Positions 1-10,105 of a stretch of 64,000 nucleotides of DNA are shown here, piece after piece (the stretch's first letter is position 1; each line of letters starts with the position of its first letter). The position numbers and the translations under genes are program-made. The stretch lies in contig JANLPG010000145.1 in assembly GCA_031367105.1 (NCBI GenBank), forward strand, positions 48,679 to 112,678, given 5' to 3'. The DNA comes from Gemmatimonadota bacterium (GTDB lineage: Bacteria > Gemmatimonadota > Gemmatimonadetes > Gemmatimonadales > GWC2-71-9). The notes beneath the pieces were generated by a model. It made no database searches and had not been told where the DNA came from. It worked only from the letters and a program-made list of their open reading frames with translations.

Positions 1-1212
1 ATCCGACAACAGGGCCCCTTCGCAGAGCTTGGGTAACGCGGCGAGATTCAAAAACGAGGGCGGGCGGATGCGCCAGCGCACCGGCTTGGCGGTCCCGTCC
101 GACACCAGATAGTAGCCGAGTTCCCCCTTGGGGTTCTCGACCCCGTAGTACACCTCGCCGGCAGGCGGCTTGACCCCATCCATCACCTGCTTGAAATGGA
201 AGATCATCGCCTCCATATCGCTCATCGCCTTGGACTTGGGTGGCAGGATCACACGGGGATCGGAAACGTTCACCGGGCCGGGCCTGAGCCGGTCGAGCGC
301 CTGGTCAAGAATGCGCACCGACTGGAACATCTCTTCGAGTCGGACTCGGTAGCGATCATAGATGTCGCCGTGCTCACCGATAGGAACGTCGAAGTCGAAC
401 TCGTCGTATCCGAGGTAGGGTCGGTCCTTGCGCACGTCGTAGTCGACACCGCTGGCGCGCAACATCGGGCCGGAGAGCGAGTAGTTGATCGCCTCGGCGG
501 CCGACATCACTCCGACACCCTGGGTTCGCCCACACCAGATCGCGTTCCGGGTGAACATCGTATCGACTTCGCCGAGCACCTTCGGGAAGGTGCGCGTGAA
601 ATGACGTAGTCCCGCCTCCCATCCGTCCGGAACGTCGGCCATCATCCCGCCGATGCGCGACACCGAGGTGGTCAACCGTGCGCCGGTCCAGGCTTCCTGG
701 AGATTATAGATCCGCTCGCGCTCCTCGAACATCCAGAGGAAGGGCGTGAAGGCGCCGAGATCGATCCCGGTGGTCCCGGCCCAGACCAGATGCGAAATGA
801 TCCGGCTCATCTCGCAGGCGATCACCCGCAGCAGGCGGCACCGCTCGGTCACCTCGATGCCCAGCAACGCCTCCGCCGCGAGCGCGAACGCGACGTTGTT
901 TGCCATCGGTGCGAGGTAGTCGGTGCGGTCGGTGAGCGGGATGATCTGGTTGTAATGGCGGTACTCGCCCAGCTTCTCGAAACCGGAGTGCAGGTAACCA
1001 ATGTGCGGGATCACCCGCTTGACAGTCTCGCCTTCCAGCTCGACCACGAGGCGGAGTACGCCGTGTGTCGCGGGATGCTGCGGGCCGATGTTCACCAGCA
1101 TATGTTCGGCGCCGAAGTCGTCGTGCACCGACTCGCTCGGCCGACGCGCCACGCCCAGCGGCACATTGCGCAACTGACCGCGCTGGTCGAGGCTCGGAGT
1201 CGACAGCTGCAT
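1..1212 (-). CDS. nuoD: NADH-quinone oxidoreductase subunit D (NuoD), C-terminus cut by window edge
   Basis: Own translation from ATG 1212..1210: MQLSTPSLDQRGQLRNVPLGVARRPSESVHDDFGAEHMLVNIGPQHPATHGVLRLVVELEGETV..., open in frame to position 1 (...CEGALLSD). NIGPQHPxTHGVLR is the 49-kDa/NuoD hallmark. Absent from the ORF track because no stop lies in the window. Follows nuoA-B-C. Confidence 0.9.
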   Translation of the reverse strand, partial: MQLSTPSLDQRGQLRNVPLGVARRPSESVHDDFGAEHMLVNIGPQHPATHGVLRLVVELEGETVKRVIPHIGYLHSGFEKLGEYRHYNQIIPLTDRTDYLAPMANNVAFALAAEALLGIEVTERCRLLRVIACEMSRIISHLVWAGTTGIDLGAFTPFLWMFEERERIYNLQEAWTGARLTTSVSRIGGMMADVPDGWEAGLRHFTRTFPKVLGEVDTMFTRNAIWCGRTQGVGVMSAAEAINYSLSGPMLRASGVDYDVRKDRPYLGYDEFDFDVPIGEHGDIYDRYRVRLEEMFQSVRILDQALDRLRPGPVNVSDPRVILPPKSKAMSDMEAMIFHFKQVMDGVKPPAGEVYYGVENPKGELGYYLVSDGTAKPVRWRIRPPSFLNLAALPKLCEGALLSD

Positions 1213-1229
1213 TTCGATCGTGCGCGATG

Positions 1230-1868
1230 TCACGGCAGCGGCCCTCGTCCACTCTCGGCAAGCCGCACCTGCATATCCTTCGGCAACTCGCGATATGCCT
1301 CGGCAATCGAGAGCTCCTCGAGCGAGTAGTGGGCTTCGGGATTGGCATTGAGGGCTTGCCGCGTCTGCTCTGCGCGGGACCAGTGCCCTCGGAGCGGGAA
1401 AGACTTCCGCAGCGGATGCCCCTCCGAGTACGTCTCCCACATCAGGATGCGCCGGAGGTCGTTATGGCCGTGGAAAACGACGCCGAACATATCCCACGCC
1501 TCACGCTCGAGCCATTCGGCTCCCATCCACAGGTCGGTGACCGTCTGAACCTCCAGCGGTCCCTCCGGATCGAGCCCGATCTTCACTCGCAGGTCGACCC
1601 GGCGGGAGAGCGACCGCAGCTGGTACACGACCTCGAGGAGCAGCTCGGGATCACGGTACTCCACGCAGGTGAGGTCCGTCAGATAGTCGAAGCGAAGCGC
1701 CGGCGTGCGCTGCAGGAAGGCCAGGATGTCGTGGGCCGCCTGCCGGGTGACAAAGAGGATCGTCTGGCCATTGACGACGTGGCTCCGCACGACGCCTTCG
1801 GGGTACTGGGCTCGCACCGCCGCGACGCTCGCTGCGGCGTCGTCCGGGGCGGTGACCGGTGCCGTCAC
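1230..1868 (-). CDS. nuoC: NADH-quinone oxidoreductase subunit C (NuoC, 30-kDa subunit)
   Basis: C-terminal 212 aa of track ORF 1230..2345: ...[37 protein letters not shown]...[23 protein letters not shown].... The upstream part of the track ORF is Arg/Pro-rich and overlaps nuoB out of frame. Start moved to GTG 1868..1866, forming a GTGA overlap with the nuoB stop. Confidence 0.85.
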   Translation of the reverse strand: MTAPVTAPDDAAASVAAVRAQYPEGVVRSHVVNGQTILFVTRQAAHDILAFLQRTPALRFDYLTDLTCVEYRDPELLLEVVYQLRSLSRRVDLRVKIGLDPEGPLEVQTVTDLWMGAEWLEREAWDMFGVVFHGHNDLRRILMWETYSEGHPLRKSFPLRGHWSRAEQTRQALNANPEAHYSLEELSIAEAYRELPKDMQVRLAESGRGPLP

Positions 1869-2491
1869 GCTGACCTCGTCTGGTGCACCGAATTGCCAAA
1901 CGGTTCGGACACCTCGTCGATCTCCTCGGGACGTCGAAACAGCCCATCCGGACCGACCAGGTGCTCGACGCGGAGCGTCGGGTCGGCGAGCGACTCGCCA
2001 CGGATCTTCTTCTGGAGCAGCATGATGGCGTACAGCAGCCCCTCGGGGCGTGGTGGGCAGCCCGGGACGTAGACATCGACCGGGATGATCGTGTCGATCC
2101 CCTGCACCATGCTGTAGGTATCGAAGATTCCGCCTGATGAGGCGCAGGCGCCCATCGAGATCGCCCACTTGGGCTGCGGCATCTGGTCCCATACCCGGCG
2201 GATCACCGGCGCCAGCTTGAACGGCAACCGTCCCGCGCAGATCAGCAAATCCGCCTGCCGCGGTGAGAAGCTCATCCGTTCCATCCCGAAGCGGGCGATA
2301 TCGAAGCGGGAAGCCGCCGTGGCCATGAATTCGATGGCACAGCACGCCGTGCCGAACGGCATCGGCCAGAGGGAATTGGCGCGCGACCAGTTGGCTAGAA
2401 AATCGAGCTTGGTGGTCACCCAGTTCGGCGAGACTGCATCATAGCTGGGACCCGACGGCTCCCCGGGCGCCGCAGGAACAATCAATCCCAT
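1865..2491 (-). CDS. nuoB: NADH-quinone oxidoreductase subunit B (NuoB, 20-kDa Fe-S subunit)
   Basis: Track ORF 1865..2854 trimmed to ATG 2491 ([11 protein letters not shown]...). N2-cluster Cys motifs [30 protein letters not shown]. Overlaps the nuoA stop by 10 nt. Confidence 0.9.
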   Translation of the reverse strand: MGLIVPAAPGEPSGPSYDAVSPNWVTTKLDFLANWSRANSLWPMPFGTACCAIEFMATAASRFDIARFGMERMSFSPRQADLLICAGRLPFKLAPVIRRVWDQMPQPKWAISMGACASSGGIFDTYSMVQGIDTIIPVDVYVPGCPPRPEGLLYAIMLLQKKIRGESLADPTLRVEHLVGPDGLFRRPEEIDEVSEPFGNSVHQTRSA

Positions 2492-2847
2492 TGCAGTGCC
2501 CCCCGCTTCCAGATGTACACGTAGCCGACGCCGAGGATCACCACGAAAGTCAGCATCTCCAGAAACAGGACGCCCCCCATCGAGCGGAGCTGCTGGAACG
2601 CGACCGCCCACGGAATCATGAAGATCGTCTCGATATCGAACACGATGAACAGCATCGCCACCAGGTAGAACTTGACCGAAAAGCGCTCCCGGGCGTCTCC
2701 GATGACCGGCATACCGGATTCGTATGCCGCCAGCTTGACGGCGGTCGGCCGGTGTGACGAGAGTAGCCCGGATACGACCAGGATGAGGATCGCATTGGCG
2801 ACGACAAAAAGCAGCAACAACAGGATGGGTACGTACGGCTGAAGCAT
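2482..2847 (-). CDS. nuoA: NADH-quinone oxidoreductase subunit A (NuoA)
   Basis: Track ORF 2482..3108 trimmed to ATG 2847 (GGAG about 7 nt upstream). 121 aa, three predicted TM helices, [25 protein letters not shown]...[20 protein letters not shown]... typical of NuoA/ND3. Confidence 0.9.
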   Translation of the reverse strand: MLQPYVPILLLLLFVVANAILILVVSGLLSSHRPTAVKLAAYESGMPVIGDARERFSVKFYLVAMLFIVFDIETIFMIPWAVAFQQLRSMGGVLFLEMLTFVVILGVGYVYIWKRGALQWD

Positions 2848-2860
2848 CCGGCACTCCGCC

Positions 2861-2878
2861 TCGTGAAAACTTTCACAA
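2861..2878. promoter_or_regulatory. Rex-operator-like inverted repeat upstream of nuoA
   Basis: TCGTGAAAACTTTCACAA (minus strand reads TTGTGAAAGTTTTCACGA) matches the Rex operator consensus TTGTGAA-N4-TTCACAA at 13 of 14 defined positions. It lies 14 nt upstream of the nuoA ATG, just beyond the GGAG RBS. A weak sigma70-like pair on the minus strand (TTGAAT 2916..2911, 17-nt spacer, TAGGTT 2893..2888) would place the box just downstream of the transcription start. Confidence 0.45.
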
Positions 2879-3013
2879 CCGCCGGGAAACCTACCGTTGC
2901 AAGGGGGGTAATTCAACTGCGGCACCGAGTTCCCGGACGGATGGGGCGCCGATATATTCCCGCTCCGCCCCGGCGCGGCTCCCCCCTCTCCCCCCGACCC
3001 CAGGCAGGCACCG

Positions 3014-3574
3014 ATGTCGATCAAGTCCGACCGCTGGATCCGCCGGATGGCCAGAGAGCACGGAATGATCGAGCCGTTTACCGACCAGCAGGTCCGCTCG
3101 GGTGGCATCTCCTATGGCGTTTCCTCGTACGGCTATGATATGCGGGTGGCGGACGAGTTCCGGATCTTCACCAATGTCCTCTCGGCCATCGTCGACCCGA
3201 AGCACTTCGACGACAAGAGTTTCGTTGAGTGGAAGGGCGATGTCTGCGTCGTCCCACCCAACTCGTTCGCCTTGGCACGTTCGGTGGAATATTTCCGGAT
3301 TCCCCGCAATGTGCTGACGATCTGTGTGGGAAAGTCGACGTATGCCCGCTGCGGTATCATCACCAACGTGACGCCGTTCGAGCCGGAGTGGGAAGGGCAC
3401 GTGACGCTGGAGATCAGCAATACCACACCGCTCCCCGCGCGGATCTACGCCAACGAGGGGATCTGCCAAGTGCTCTTCTTCGAGGCGGACGACGACGATA
3501 TCTGCGAAACCAGCTACGCCGACAAGAAGGGGAAGTACCAGAAGCAGACCGGCGTCACGCTTCCGCGCCTGTAA
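3014..3574 (+). CDS. dcd: dCTP deaminase
   Basis: 186-aa ORF: [22 protein letters not shown]...SSYGYDMRV...[19 protein letters not shown]...[30 protein letters not shown], the Dcd/dUTPase-fold family pattern. One of five plus-strand genes. Confidence 0.9.
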   Translation: MSIKSDRWIRRMAREHGMIEPFTDQQVRSGGISYGVSSYGYDMRVADEFRIFTNVLSAIVDPKHFDDKSFVEWKGDVCVVPPNSFALARSVEYFRIPRNVLTICVGKSTYARCGIITNVTPFEPEWEGHVTLEISNTTPLPARIYANEGICQVLFFEADDDDICETSYADKKGKYQKQTGVTLPRL

Positions 3575-3577
3575 CGG

Positions 3578-4678
3578 CTACTGGAACTGGAGATTGCGCT
3601 CGAAGTCGGCCGGTGAGGTGGCCGCGCCCTTCGCGACCTCCAGGCTGATGTGCTCCTTGCTGTAGAGCTCCATCAGGTGCTGGTCGAAGGTCTGCATCCC
3701 GTACTGCGTTCGCCCCTCGGCGATGTGGTCCCGAATGTCGCTGGTCTTGTCGGGATCGGCGATGCACTCGGCGATCGTCGGCGTGTTGCGCATCACCTCG
3801 ACGGCCACCACGCGCCCTTGCCCATCGGCCCGCGGCAGCAGTCGCTGGGAGACCACCGCCTTCAGTGACTCCGCCAGTCGCAACCGGGTGCCAGCCTGTT
3901 CGGTCGGATCGAAGACGCTCACGAGCCGCGCGATCGTTCGCTGGGCATCGGTGGTGTGGACGGTGCTGAATACCAGATGTCCCGTTTCTGCCGCCTTGAG
4001 GGCAATGTCGATAGTCGCGCGGTCGCGCATCTCGCCGACCAGGATGATGTCGGGGTCCTGACGCAGTGCTGCCCGCAGGGCGGCCTCGAAACTCTCGGTA
4101 TCGGTGCCGATCTCACGCTGAATCACGTTGCTGCGCACATCCTTGTGCAGAAACTCGATCGGGTCCTCGATCGTGACAATTTTCCCGGCCTTCTGCTGGT
4201 TCACGAAGGAAACCATCGCCGCGAGCGTTGACGACTTGCCGGAGCCGGTGGTGCCCGTGAGCAACACCAGCCCGCGCTCTTCCATCGCGATCTGGCTCAG
4301 GACCCGAGGCAGCCCCAGTCCTTCGAAGGTCGGGAGCACATCGGCGATACTGCGGAGCACCACCGAGAGCGACCCGCGTTGCGAGCAGATATTCACGCGA
4401 AAGCGGCCAACGCCCTGTATAGAATATGAACAGTCCACATCCTTGAGATTTCGCAGTAAGCTGTCCACGGTCTCGGCGGTGGCTTTCTTGGCATTGAGCA
4501 GGATCTCGCCGGCAATGGCAGCCGTATCGGCCGGAGTCAACGCCGGGAGACCAGCCACAGCGACCATCTCGCCTCGCACACGGATCCGGAAGGAGGCGCC
4601 GGCGCAGACGTGCACGTCGGACGCCTTGAGTTCGTTCGCCTTCCGGAGAATTGCAGCAAACGTGTCGAGCAGGGCCAT
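3578..4678 (-). CDS. pilT: type IV pilus retraction ATPase, PilT/PilU family
   Basis: 366 aa. Walker A GTTGSGKSSTLAAM, Walker B/Asp box DPDIILVGEMRD, His box ETGHLVFSTVHT. PilT size with no PilB-type N-terminal extension. Its stop is only 3 nt from the convergent dcd stop. Confidence 0.85.
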   Translation of the reverse strand: MALLDTFAAILRKANELKASDVHVCAGASFRIRVRGEMVAVAGLPALTPADTAAIAGEILLNAKKATAETVDSLLRNLKDVDCSYSIQGVGRFRVNICSQRGSLSVVLRSIADVLPTFEGLGLPRVLSQIAMEERGLVLLTGTTGSGKSSTLAAMVSFVNQQKAGKIVTIEDPIEFLHKDVRSNVIQREIGTDTESFEAALRAALRQDPDIILVGEMRDRATIDIALKAAETGHLVFSTVHTTDAQRTIARLVSVFDPTEQAGTRLRLAESLKAVVSQRLLPRADGQGRVVAVEVMRNTPTIAECIADPDKTSDIRDHIAEGRTQYGMQTFDQHLMELYSKEHISLEVAKGAATSPADFERNLQFQ

Positions 4679-4838
4679 CGGTGCTCCAGTGATCTCAGCC
4701 GACAGGGGAACGAACCGTTGATCACCGACTGCATTGCAAAGACCGCGCCCGCCCGTCCCCCAGTCCGACCCGTGGAAGTGCCCATCGCCCGGGCTCGTCC
4801 CCTGGAGGAGTGGGGTTACCCTAGGCCGCTAAGACTCG

Positions 4839-6935
4839 CTATCGGATCAGCGCGGTGGTCGCAATGCGCATCTCGACCGTCGCCGACTCGATCCGGTGCC
4901 GCAGCTCGACGAGCTCGCGCTTCGCGCGCGCCGGATCGCGGTCCTGCAGCGCTTCACTGATGCCGGGCAACGCAATGTTGGCATAGCCGTTGTCGCGGTC
5001 GGCGGCGAAGACCAGGTTCCTCAGGAACGGTCGGCCAACCAGCCCTGACGCTCGCGTCAACCCCTGCTCCAACTTGCGCACCGTGGCATTGACGGCGACC
5101 AGCCGGGAGGACTTCGCACCACTCGCCAGCACACTGTCGCGCGCCACGTTGAATCGGCGCGCGGCCTCTGCCAGGCCAGTCGCCGCCATCCGCAGCCGCA
5201 GGAAGTCGCCCTGGAGCGCCACGTTGCCACTGGTTCGCTCGACCCGAACCGAGAGCGTGGCCAGATAGTTTCCCAGCGCCTCGTGGTCAATCGGGAGGAT
5301 GTCGGCATTCGCAAGTCGCGCCAGGAGCACCGCGGAGAGTCGACCGGCCGCAGCGTGGCTGACATAGCCGACGTCGCCGAACCGCTCCATGAATCCCCAG
5401 GTATCATAGGCGGAGTGGTAGACCCCACCCGCTCCTGCGAATCCGAACTCGACCGCCGGAATGCCGAGGTGGTTGTAGAAGCTGGCAAAATCGGAGCCAC
5501 CACCCAGATCGCCAAGCACCGGTTCGGCGCGCGCCGCCCCGCTGCGCCCGCGGGCCCAGGCCTGATAGACGGTGCCGGTGTCACCGGGCTGACCCACCGT
5601 TCGGGTGACGTCCCGCAACAATTCCTGGAGCGAAGCAGTACCACTGGCACCGAAGGAACGCCCTGAGGCAGCGACGTCCTGGTTGATATAGGCCACGGCC
5701 CGTGCACCGAGCGAATCCGCCATGGACTCGACCCACTCAGTCGAACCCACCAGTCCCCACTCCTCGGCATCCCACGTGGCAAAGACGAGGGTGCGCCGTG
5801 GCCGCTCACCGGCCTTGAGGGCAGCACCCCAGGCGCGAGCGGCCTCGAGAATGCTCACCGTGCCCGAAACGTTGTCGGCCGCGCCGGGGCCCCAACCATC
5901 ACGGTGGCCGCCGATGATGACCCACTCATCGGGGAACTCGCTGCCGCGGATCATCCCGAAAGTGTCGTAGATCGACTTGAAGGCACGGCTCCCACGCTCC
6001 GGCCAGACGGCCACGCGCGCCTGCACGGTGCCATCGCCGAGATGGTACGGAAAGTTCATTCCACCCTGCCATCCCTCCGGGGCCGCCGCTCCCCCCATTC
6101 CGCGCATCAGCAGCTCGGCGTTGCCGTACCCGATCGGGACCACCGGAATGAGGGAGACAGCGAGGGAATCTGGTGGCAGTCGGCGCGCGCCTGTGGTCGA
6201 GGGCCACCCCGGTGTGGTCGGGTCGCCGCTGCCGTTGAAGATCGAACCACGCTGCACGCCCTGCGGGTTGCGATAGGGACCCTTGGGGTAGACCTCCCCG
6301 CGGGTGAAGCCGTCTTCCATTGGATCGGAGTAGATCAGCAACGCTCGCGCTCCGTGCGATTCCGCTTCGCGTGCCTTGATGCCTCGGAACGAACGGCCGT
6401 AGCGCACAATGGCAACCTTTCCCTTCACCGAGATTCCGAGCGAGTCGAGCCGGGCGTAGTCGGTGGGAAGACCGTAGTTCACATACACCAGCGCAGCCGT
6501 CACGTCGCCTGCACCGGAATTGCCATTCATCGCCGGCCAGCTGGGGAGCATCGTGGTCGAGTCGCCCGGCACTGGAGGTTCGACGAGGTCGAGTCGAGTG
6601 AGCGTGGGCGCCACCCGCTCGACGACGGTCGAGTCGTGGTAGGGCAGGTAGACCCGGAACGTCGCGCGAGCAGTATCGAGCCCCCACGACTTCATCTGCC
6701 GCACGACGTAATCCGCGGTCGCCCTCTGCGCCGGCGTGCCGGCAATGTGCGGACGACCCGCGAGCGCGTGGGCGTGGCGCCGCGCCGATGCCGTGTCCGG
6801 TACGGCCTGCAGCTTGATCTCAAGCGCTGACTCGTGCGCGGCGCGGACCGGTGAAAACCCCTGGATCTGCTGCGCCCGGAGGCGGGTGACGAGGGCCAGC
6901 AACGGCAGGGCAACCAACAAGGCACGACCGGTCAT
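4839..6935 (-). CDS. secreted M28 zinc peptidase, glutamate-carboxypeptidase-II/PSMA-like (PA domain + M28 core + TfR-like dimerisation domain)
   Basis: Track ORF 4839..6998 trimmed to ATG 6935, which yields a signal peptide MTGRALLVALPLLALVTRLRAQQ. M28 metal-ligand blocks GGHRDGWGPGAADNVSG, FATWDAEEWGLVGSTEW, YHSAYD. Long helical C-terminal region as in PSMA/transferrin-receptor relatives. Confidence 0.8.
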   Translation of the reverse strand: MTGRALLVALPLLALVTRLRAQQIQGFSPVRAAHESALEIKLQAVPDTASARRHAHALAGRPHIAGTPAQRATADYVVRQMKSWGLDTARATFRVYLPYHDSTVVERVAPTLTRLDLVEPPVPGDSTTMLPSWPAMNGNSGAGDVTAALVYVNYGLPTDYARLDSLGISVKGKVAIVRYGRSFRGIKAREAESHGARALLIYSDPMEDGFTRGEVYPKGPYRNPQGVQRGSIFNGSGDPTTPGWPSTTGARRLPPDSLAVSLIPVVPIGYGNAELLMRGMGGAAAPEGWQGGMNFPYHLGDGTVQARVAVWPERGSRAFKSIYDTFGMIRGSEFPDEWVIIGGHRDGWGPGAADNVSGTVSILEAARAWGAALKAGERPRRTLVFATWDAEEWGLVGSTEWVESMADSLGARAVAYINQDVAASGRSFGASGTASLQELLRDVTRTVGQPGDTGTVYQAWARGRSGAARAEPVLGDLGGGSDFASFYNHLGIPAVEFGFAGAGGVYHSAYDTWGFMERFGDVGYVSHAAAGRLSAVLLARLANADILPIDHEALGNYLATLSVRVERTSGNVALQGDFLRLRMAATGLAEAARRFNVARDSVLASGAKSSRLVAVNATVRKLEQGLTRASGLVGRPFLRNLVFAADRDNGYANIALPGISEALQDRDPARAKRELVELRHRIESATVEMRIATTALIR

Positions 6936-7004
6936 CAGGCACTCGGCGGAACAGGTTTGTTGCGGCGATTTCGAGTGCGCCAAGTATGGTGCCAGCAAGC
7001 CAGA

Positions 7005-7030
7005 ACGCCAACTCGCAGGAGTTGGCGTTG
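7005..7030 (-). terminator. perfect 11-bp stem-loop downstream of the LVIVD lipoprotein gene
   Basis: AACGCCAACTC-GCAG-GAGTTGGCGTT: 11-bp perfect stem with 4-nt loop, 31 nt after the stop at 7061. There is no clear U tract, so intrinsic-terminator function is uncertain. Confidence 0.4.
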
Positions 7031-7060
7031 TGGTTCAGCGCGCACCGACGCTCGGCACCG

Positions 7061-8815
7061 TCAGGGTACCACGCCGGTGATGTCGTAGATCAGGAGCGCC
7101 GGGGAGGCCGGGTCACGCGCCGCGAAGACGTACGTGCGACCGTTGATCACGGCGATCTCACCAGTATGGATCCCCTGCGCGACGAACACCGACCCGCGTA
7201 GAACCGGTCGCCGGGGGTCGACGCGGTCGTAGACGTACATCCCGGCGCCTCCCGACCCACCCTCTGCTGTAATCACCAACGCCTTGCCGTCGGGCGTCAC
7301 GGCGACGTCGCTGACGGTCGTGATGTTCGGAACGATGATCGAGTCGACCAGGGTCGGCAACCCGCCTGCTACCCCGAGCGACCACACCTTGACTGCATTG
7401 CCACGGACACCACTGCGGGTTCCCCAGCCCCCGCTGTAGGCCCACGGACCCACGACCCACTGATCTGAGCCGTAGCGCTCGGGGACGTTGTTGCCGCCAC
7501 CCCTTGTTGCCAGCGTGATGGGATCGAGCGCCCAGAATCCACTCAGCATATCGGTGGCGTAGAGCGTGCCGTTGGCGAGCATCACGCCCCAGATATACGT
7601 GTTGCCGACACCCCCTGGCTTCGCCTGGGCGATGATCCGCGACGAGAGATCTCCCACGAGCACTCCGGAAACATCGACCGCGATCACGCCGCCATTATAG
7701 TACGCTGCGTAGAGCACCTGCCGCTGCTCATCCATCCAGAAGTTGTGGGTCCCGGCACCCGCCACGCGCACGAAGCCAACTTCGACCGGGGCGGCGAGGT
7801 TGGAGATATCGACCACGTGGATGTCACCGGAAGAGGCGCTGCCCACTGCTCCAGGCCCTTCCTGACCAATGAAGAGGTACTTCTTCTCGCCATTGGTCGG
7901 GTTCTGGAACCACCAGGCATTGTGGACCTGCGCACCACCTGAGACACCGTTGGTGTTGGTAATCAGCGTGGAGATCAGCACTGGAGTGGCGGGCGTTCCG
8001 CCACGGATGCCGTTGCCGACATCGTAAATCAGGACACCACTATTCCAGGCCAGCACGAAGGCAATGCCGTCGCGCACAAACGTGTCGTGGTGTCCGTAGT
8101 TCGCCGCGACGGGTACCGTGGCCACAAGGACCGGGTTGGTGCTTGCCGCGAATGCGGTGAAATTGAAGGTCACGCTCGACGCGGTCCCCTCGACCGTAGC
8201 GGTGACGCTCTGCGCGCCGATGGTGGCCCCGAGGATTGCAGTCATATTGGCGACGCCGGCGGCATCGGTGGCGCTGCTGCCCGCGGCGAGTGTCACCCCG
8301 CCGCTGGTGGCAGTCCAGAGCACGTTGCGCGGGGGCGAGACCGCGAGGCCGTTCTGGAGCACCTGCACCCGGAGTTGCGCAGTGAGGGCGGCGCCAGCCG
8401 TGCCGCTCTGGTTGTTGCCCTGAAAAATGCTGATGCTGATCGAGGCTTGACCCGTTGCGGTGAAGATCACGTTCGACACGCTTCCGCGTTGCGCCGCCTT
8501 GACCGTGTTGGTCCCAGCCGTGGTGCCTAGCGTGAGCGAGGCCATCGCCAAGCCACTGACATTGGTGACCGAGCTGGCGGGCGTCACGCTGCCACCACCA
8601 GCCTGCACGCTCCAGTCGATGGTGATCCCGCTGACTGGCGCACCGAGGCCATCAGTCGCCTTCACGGTCAGTGGCGTCGCCAGCGCAGTGCCGACGGCCC
8701 CACTCTGCTGGTTGCCCGCATTCGCGGCAAGTGTGACATCAGTATTGGCGTCGGTGCCGCCCTTGCAGCCGAAGGCGACAAGCAGGGAGCTGGCAATCAG
8801 GAAGCGGAAACGCAT
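7061..8815 (-). CDS. lipoprotein with two Ig-like (Big-type) repeats and a C-terminal LVIVD-repeat beta-propeller
   Basis: MRFRFLIASSLLVAFGC is a lipobox signal. Two repeats of about 95 aa (NQQSGAVGTALATPLTVKATDGLGAPVSGITIDWSV..., NNQSGTAGAALTAQLRVQVLQNGLAV...). These are followed by repeated LVIVD-like strands (VLIYDVGNG, IHVVDISN, VIAVDVSG, MYVYD, LLIYDIT). Confidence 0.75.
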   Translation of the reverse strand: MRFRFLIASSLLVAFGCKGGTDANTDVTLAANAGNQQSGAVGTALATPLTVKATDGLGAPVSGITIDWSVQAGGGSVTPASSVTNVSGLAMASLTLGTTAGTNTVKAAQRGSVSNVIFTATGQASISISIFQGNNQSGTAGAALTAQLRVQVLQNGLAVSPPRNVLWTATSGGVTLAAGSSATDAAGVANMTAILGATIGAQSVTATVEGTASSVTFNFTAFAASTNPVLVATVPVAANYGHHDTFVRDGIAFVLAWNSGVLIYDVGNGIRGGTPATPVLISTLITNTNGVSGGAQVHNAWWFQNPTNGEKKYLFIGQEGPGAVGSASSGDIHVVDISNLAAPVEVGFVRVAGAGTHNFWMDEQRQVLYAAYYNGGVIAVDVSGVLVGDLSSRIIAQAKPGGVGNTYIWGVMLANGTLYATDMLSGFWALDPITLATRGGGNNVPERYGSDQWVVGPWAYSGGWGTRSGVRGNAVKVWSLGVAGGLPTLVDSIIVPNITTVSDVAVTPDGKALVITAEGGSGGAGMYVYDRVDPRRPVLRGSVFVAQGIHTGEIAVINGRTYVFAARDPASPALLIYDITGVVP

Positions 8816-8843
8816 CGAAGAAACCCCGCGGCAGTGTGCCGCT

Positions 8844-10019
8844 TCAGTGTTGGTGCATCATCGGCAAATCGTGATCGGCGGGACCGCTCGCCAGAACGCC
8901 ATAGCGTCCCATCCGGTGGCCTCGCATTCCCCACCCGACCCCGACCCCTACGCTGACCTGCCGCATTGCGGTGGTGCCGTAGAGCGAGACCGGATCGAAA
9001 ATTCCCAGATCCAGTTTCCTCACCTGGCCCAGCGTTCCCTCGCCGAAGAACGTGAGCTGCAATCGCCGCCCTGCGGGGATAAAGTCAGTTGCCAGGTGGA
9101 GCGTGTGGAGCGTCCAGCGACCGATCCCGAGGATGCTGTTCTCAAAATGCGGCCGCCTGGTCCGGAACGGATCGACGAGTCGCTCTTCTTCGGGTCGATC
9201 GGTTCGTTCAAATCGATACCCACCGCTCCAGCGGCCCCGCCGCAGCATTCCCTCGGCCAGCAGGGAGTGAAAAACGAAAAAGCCCCCGAGCTCCGAAGTT
9301 CGCGCCCATTCCGCCAGCAGATACCGCTCGCCCCACGGCGGCGTATCGTACCAACGCACCGAGACGGAACTCTTGACGGCGTCGCCCCCGGCACCGGCGC
9401 GATGCTCGGGAGAATGCACCTTGGCGCGTGATCCCTGGAGTTCCAGCCCCAGCACCGGACGAACCGTCACCCGAGCGCTCCAGGAGTCGCCGAAGCGCCA
9501 CCCGCCATCGGGCCGCCTGAGCAGCGGCCATTGCCCCGGCCGTTCCGGCTCGTCGCCGTTGAAAAGCGATCCTTCCACCGTGAGCTTGCCGATGTCGTAT
9601 TGGACCGCCGCAACTGCCCGCTCGAGAATCTGGGAGAAGTGGTGATTCACCGGGTACCGACTTAACGGCCGAGACATCGGATCGTCGCTGCCAAAGGGGA
9701 CGAATCCCTTCCCAACGACCACACCGAGCCGGCCCGCTCCATCCCACCGGCCGAGCAGATCGACCGCTGCGAGATTGAGCTCGTGAACCGTGGTGTGGGG
9801 ATGACGCCGATCGACGTAGCCCTCACCCCAAGCCCCGATCGTCAGTTCACCCTGCGGGATCGTGAGGCCCTCGAGGTCAATCGTCGCCGTGCCGAGCAGT
9901 CGTCCACCCAAGGCGCGTGCTTCCAGCATCACGATCGGTTGCACCAGGCGCACTTCGCTTCGCGAGCCGCCCAGAGGGACCGGATCGGCGTGCGTGCCAA
10001 GGAGTACCACCTGTGCCAT
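8844..10019 (-). CDS. putative outer-membrane beta-barrel protein, unknown family (true start probably upstream at about 10109, non-canonical)
   Basis: 391-aa ORF from ATG 10019, rich in alternating hydrophobic/aromatic strands (GRWSGGYRFERT, LQLTFFGEGTLG, VSVGVGVGWGM) with a His-rich C-terminus. The same frame stays open upstream and encodes a textbook signal peptide ([24 protein letters not shown]) that has no ATG/GTG/TTG. See finding. Confidence 0.55.
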   Translation of the reverse strand: MAQVVLLGTHADPVPLGGSRSEVRLVQPIVMLEARALGGRLLGTATIDLEGLTIPQGELTIGAWGEGYVDRRHPHTTVHELNLAAVDLLGRWDGAGRLGVVVGKGFVPFGSDDPMSRPLSRYPVNHHFSQILERAVAAVQYDIGKLTVEGSLFNGDEPERPGQWPLLRRPDGGWRFGDSWSARVTVRPVLGLELQGSRAKVHSPEHRAGAGGDAVKSSVSVRWYDTPPWGERYLLAEWARTSELGGFFVFHSLLAEGMLRRGRWSGGYRFERTDRPEEERLVDPFRTRRPHFENSILGIGRWTLHTLHLATDFIPAGRRLQLTFFGEGTLGQVRKLDLGIFDPVSLYGTTAMRQVSVGVGVGWGMRGHRMGRYGVLASGPADHDLPMMHQH

Positions 10020-10105
10020 TGGCGTGAGCTGAACGCCCGACTGGGCGGGTAGCGCGACCGCACCCCCGCCCAGTATCAGGCAACCCAGGAGGAGTCTCGA
10101 GCGAA

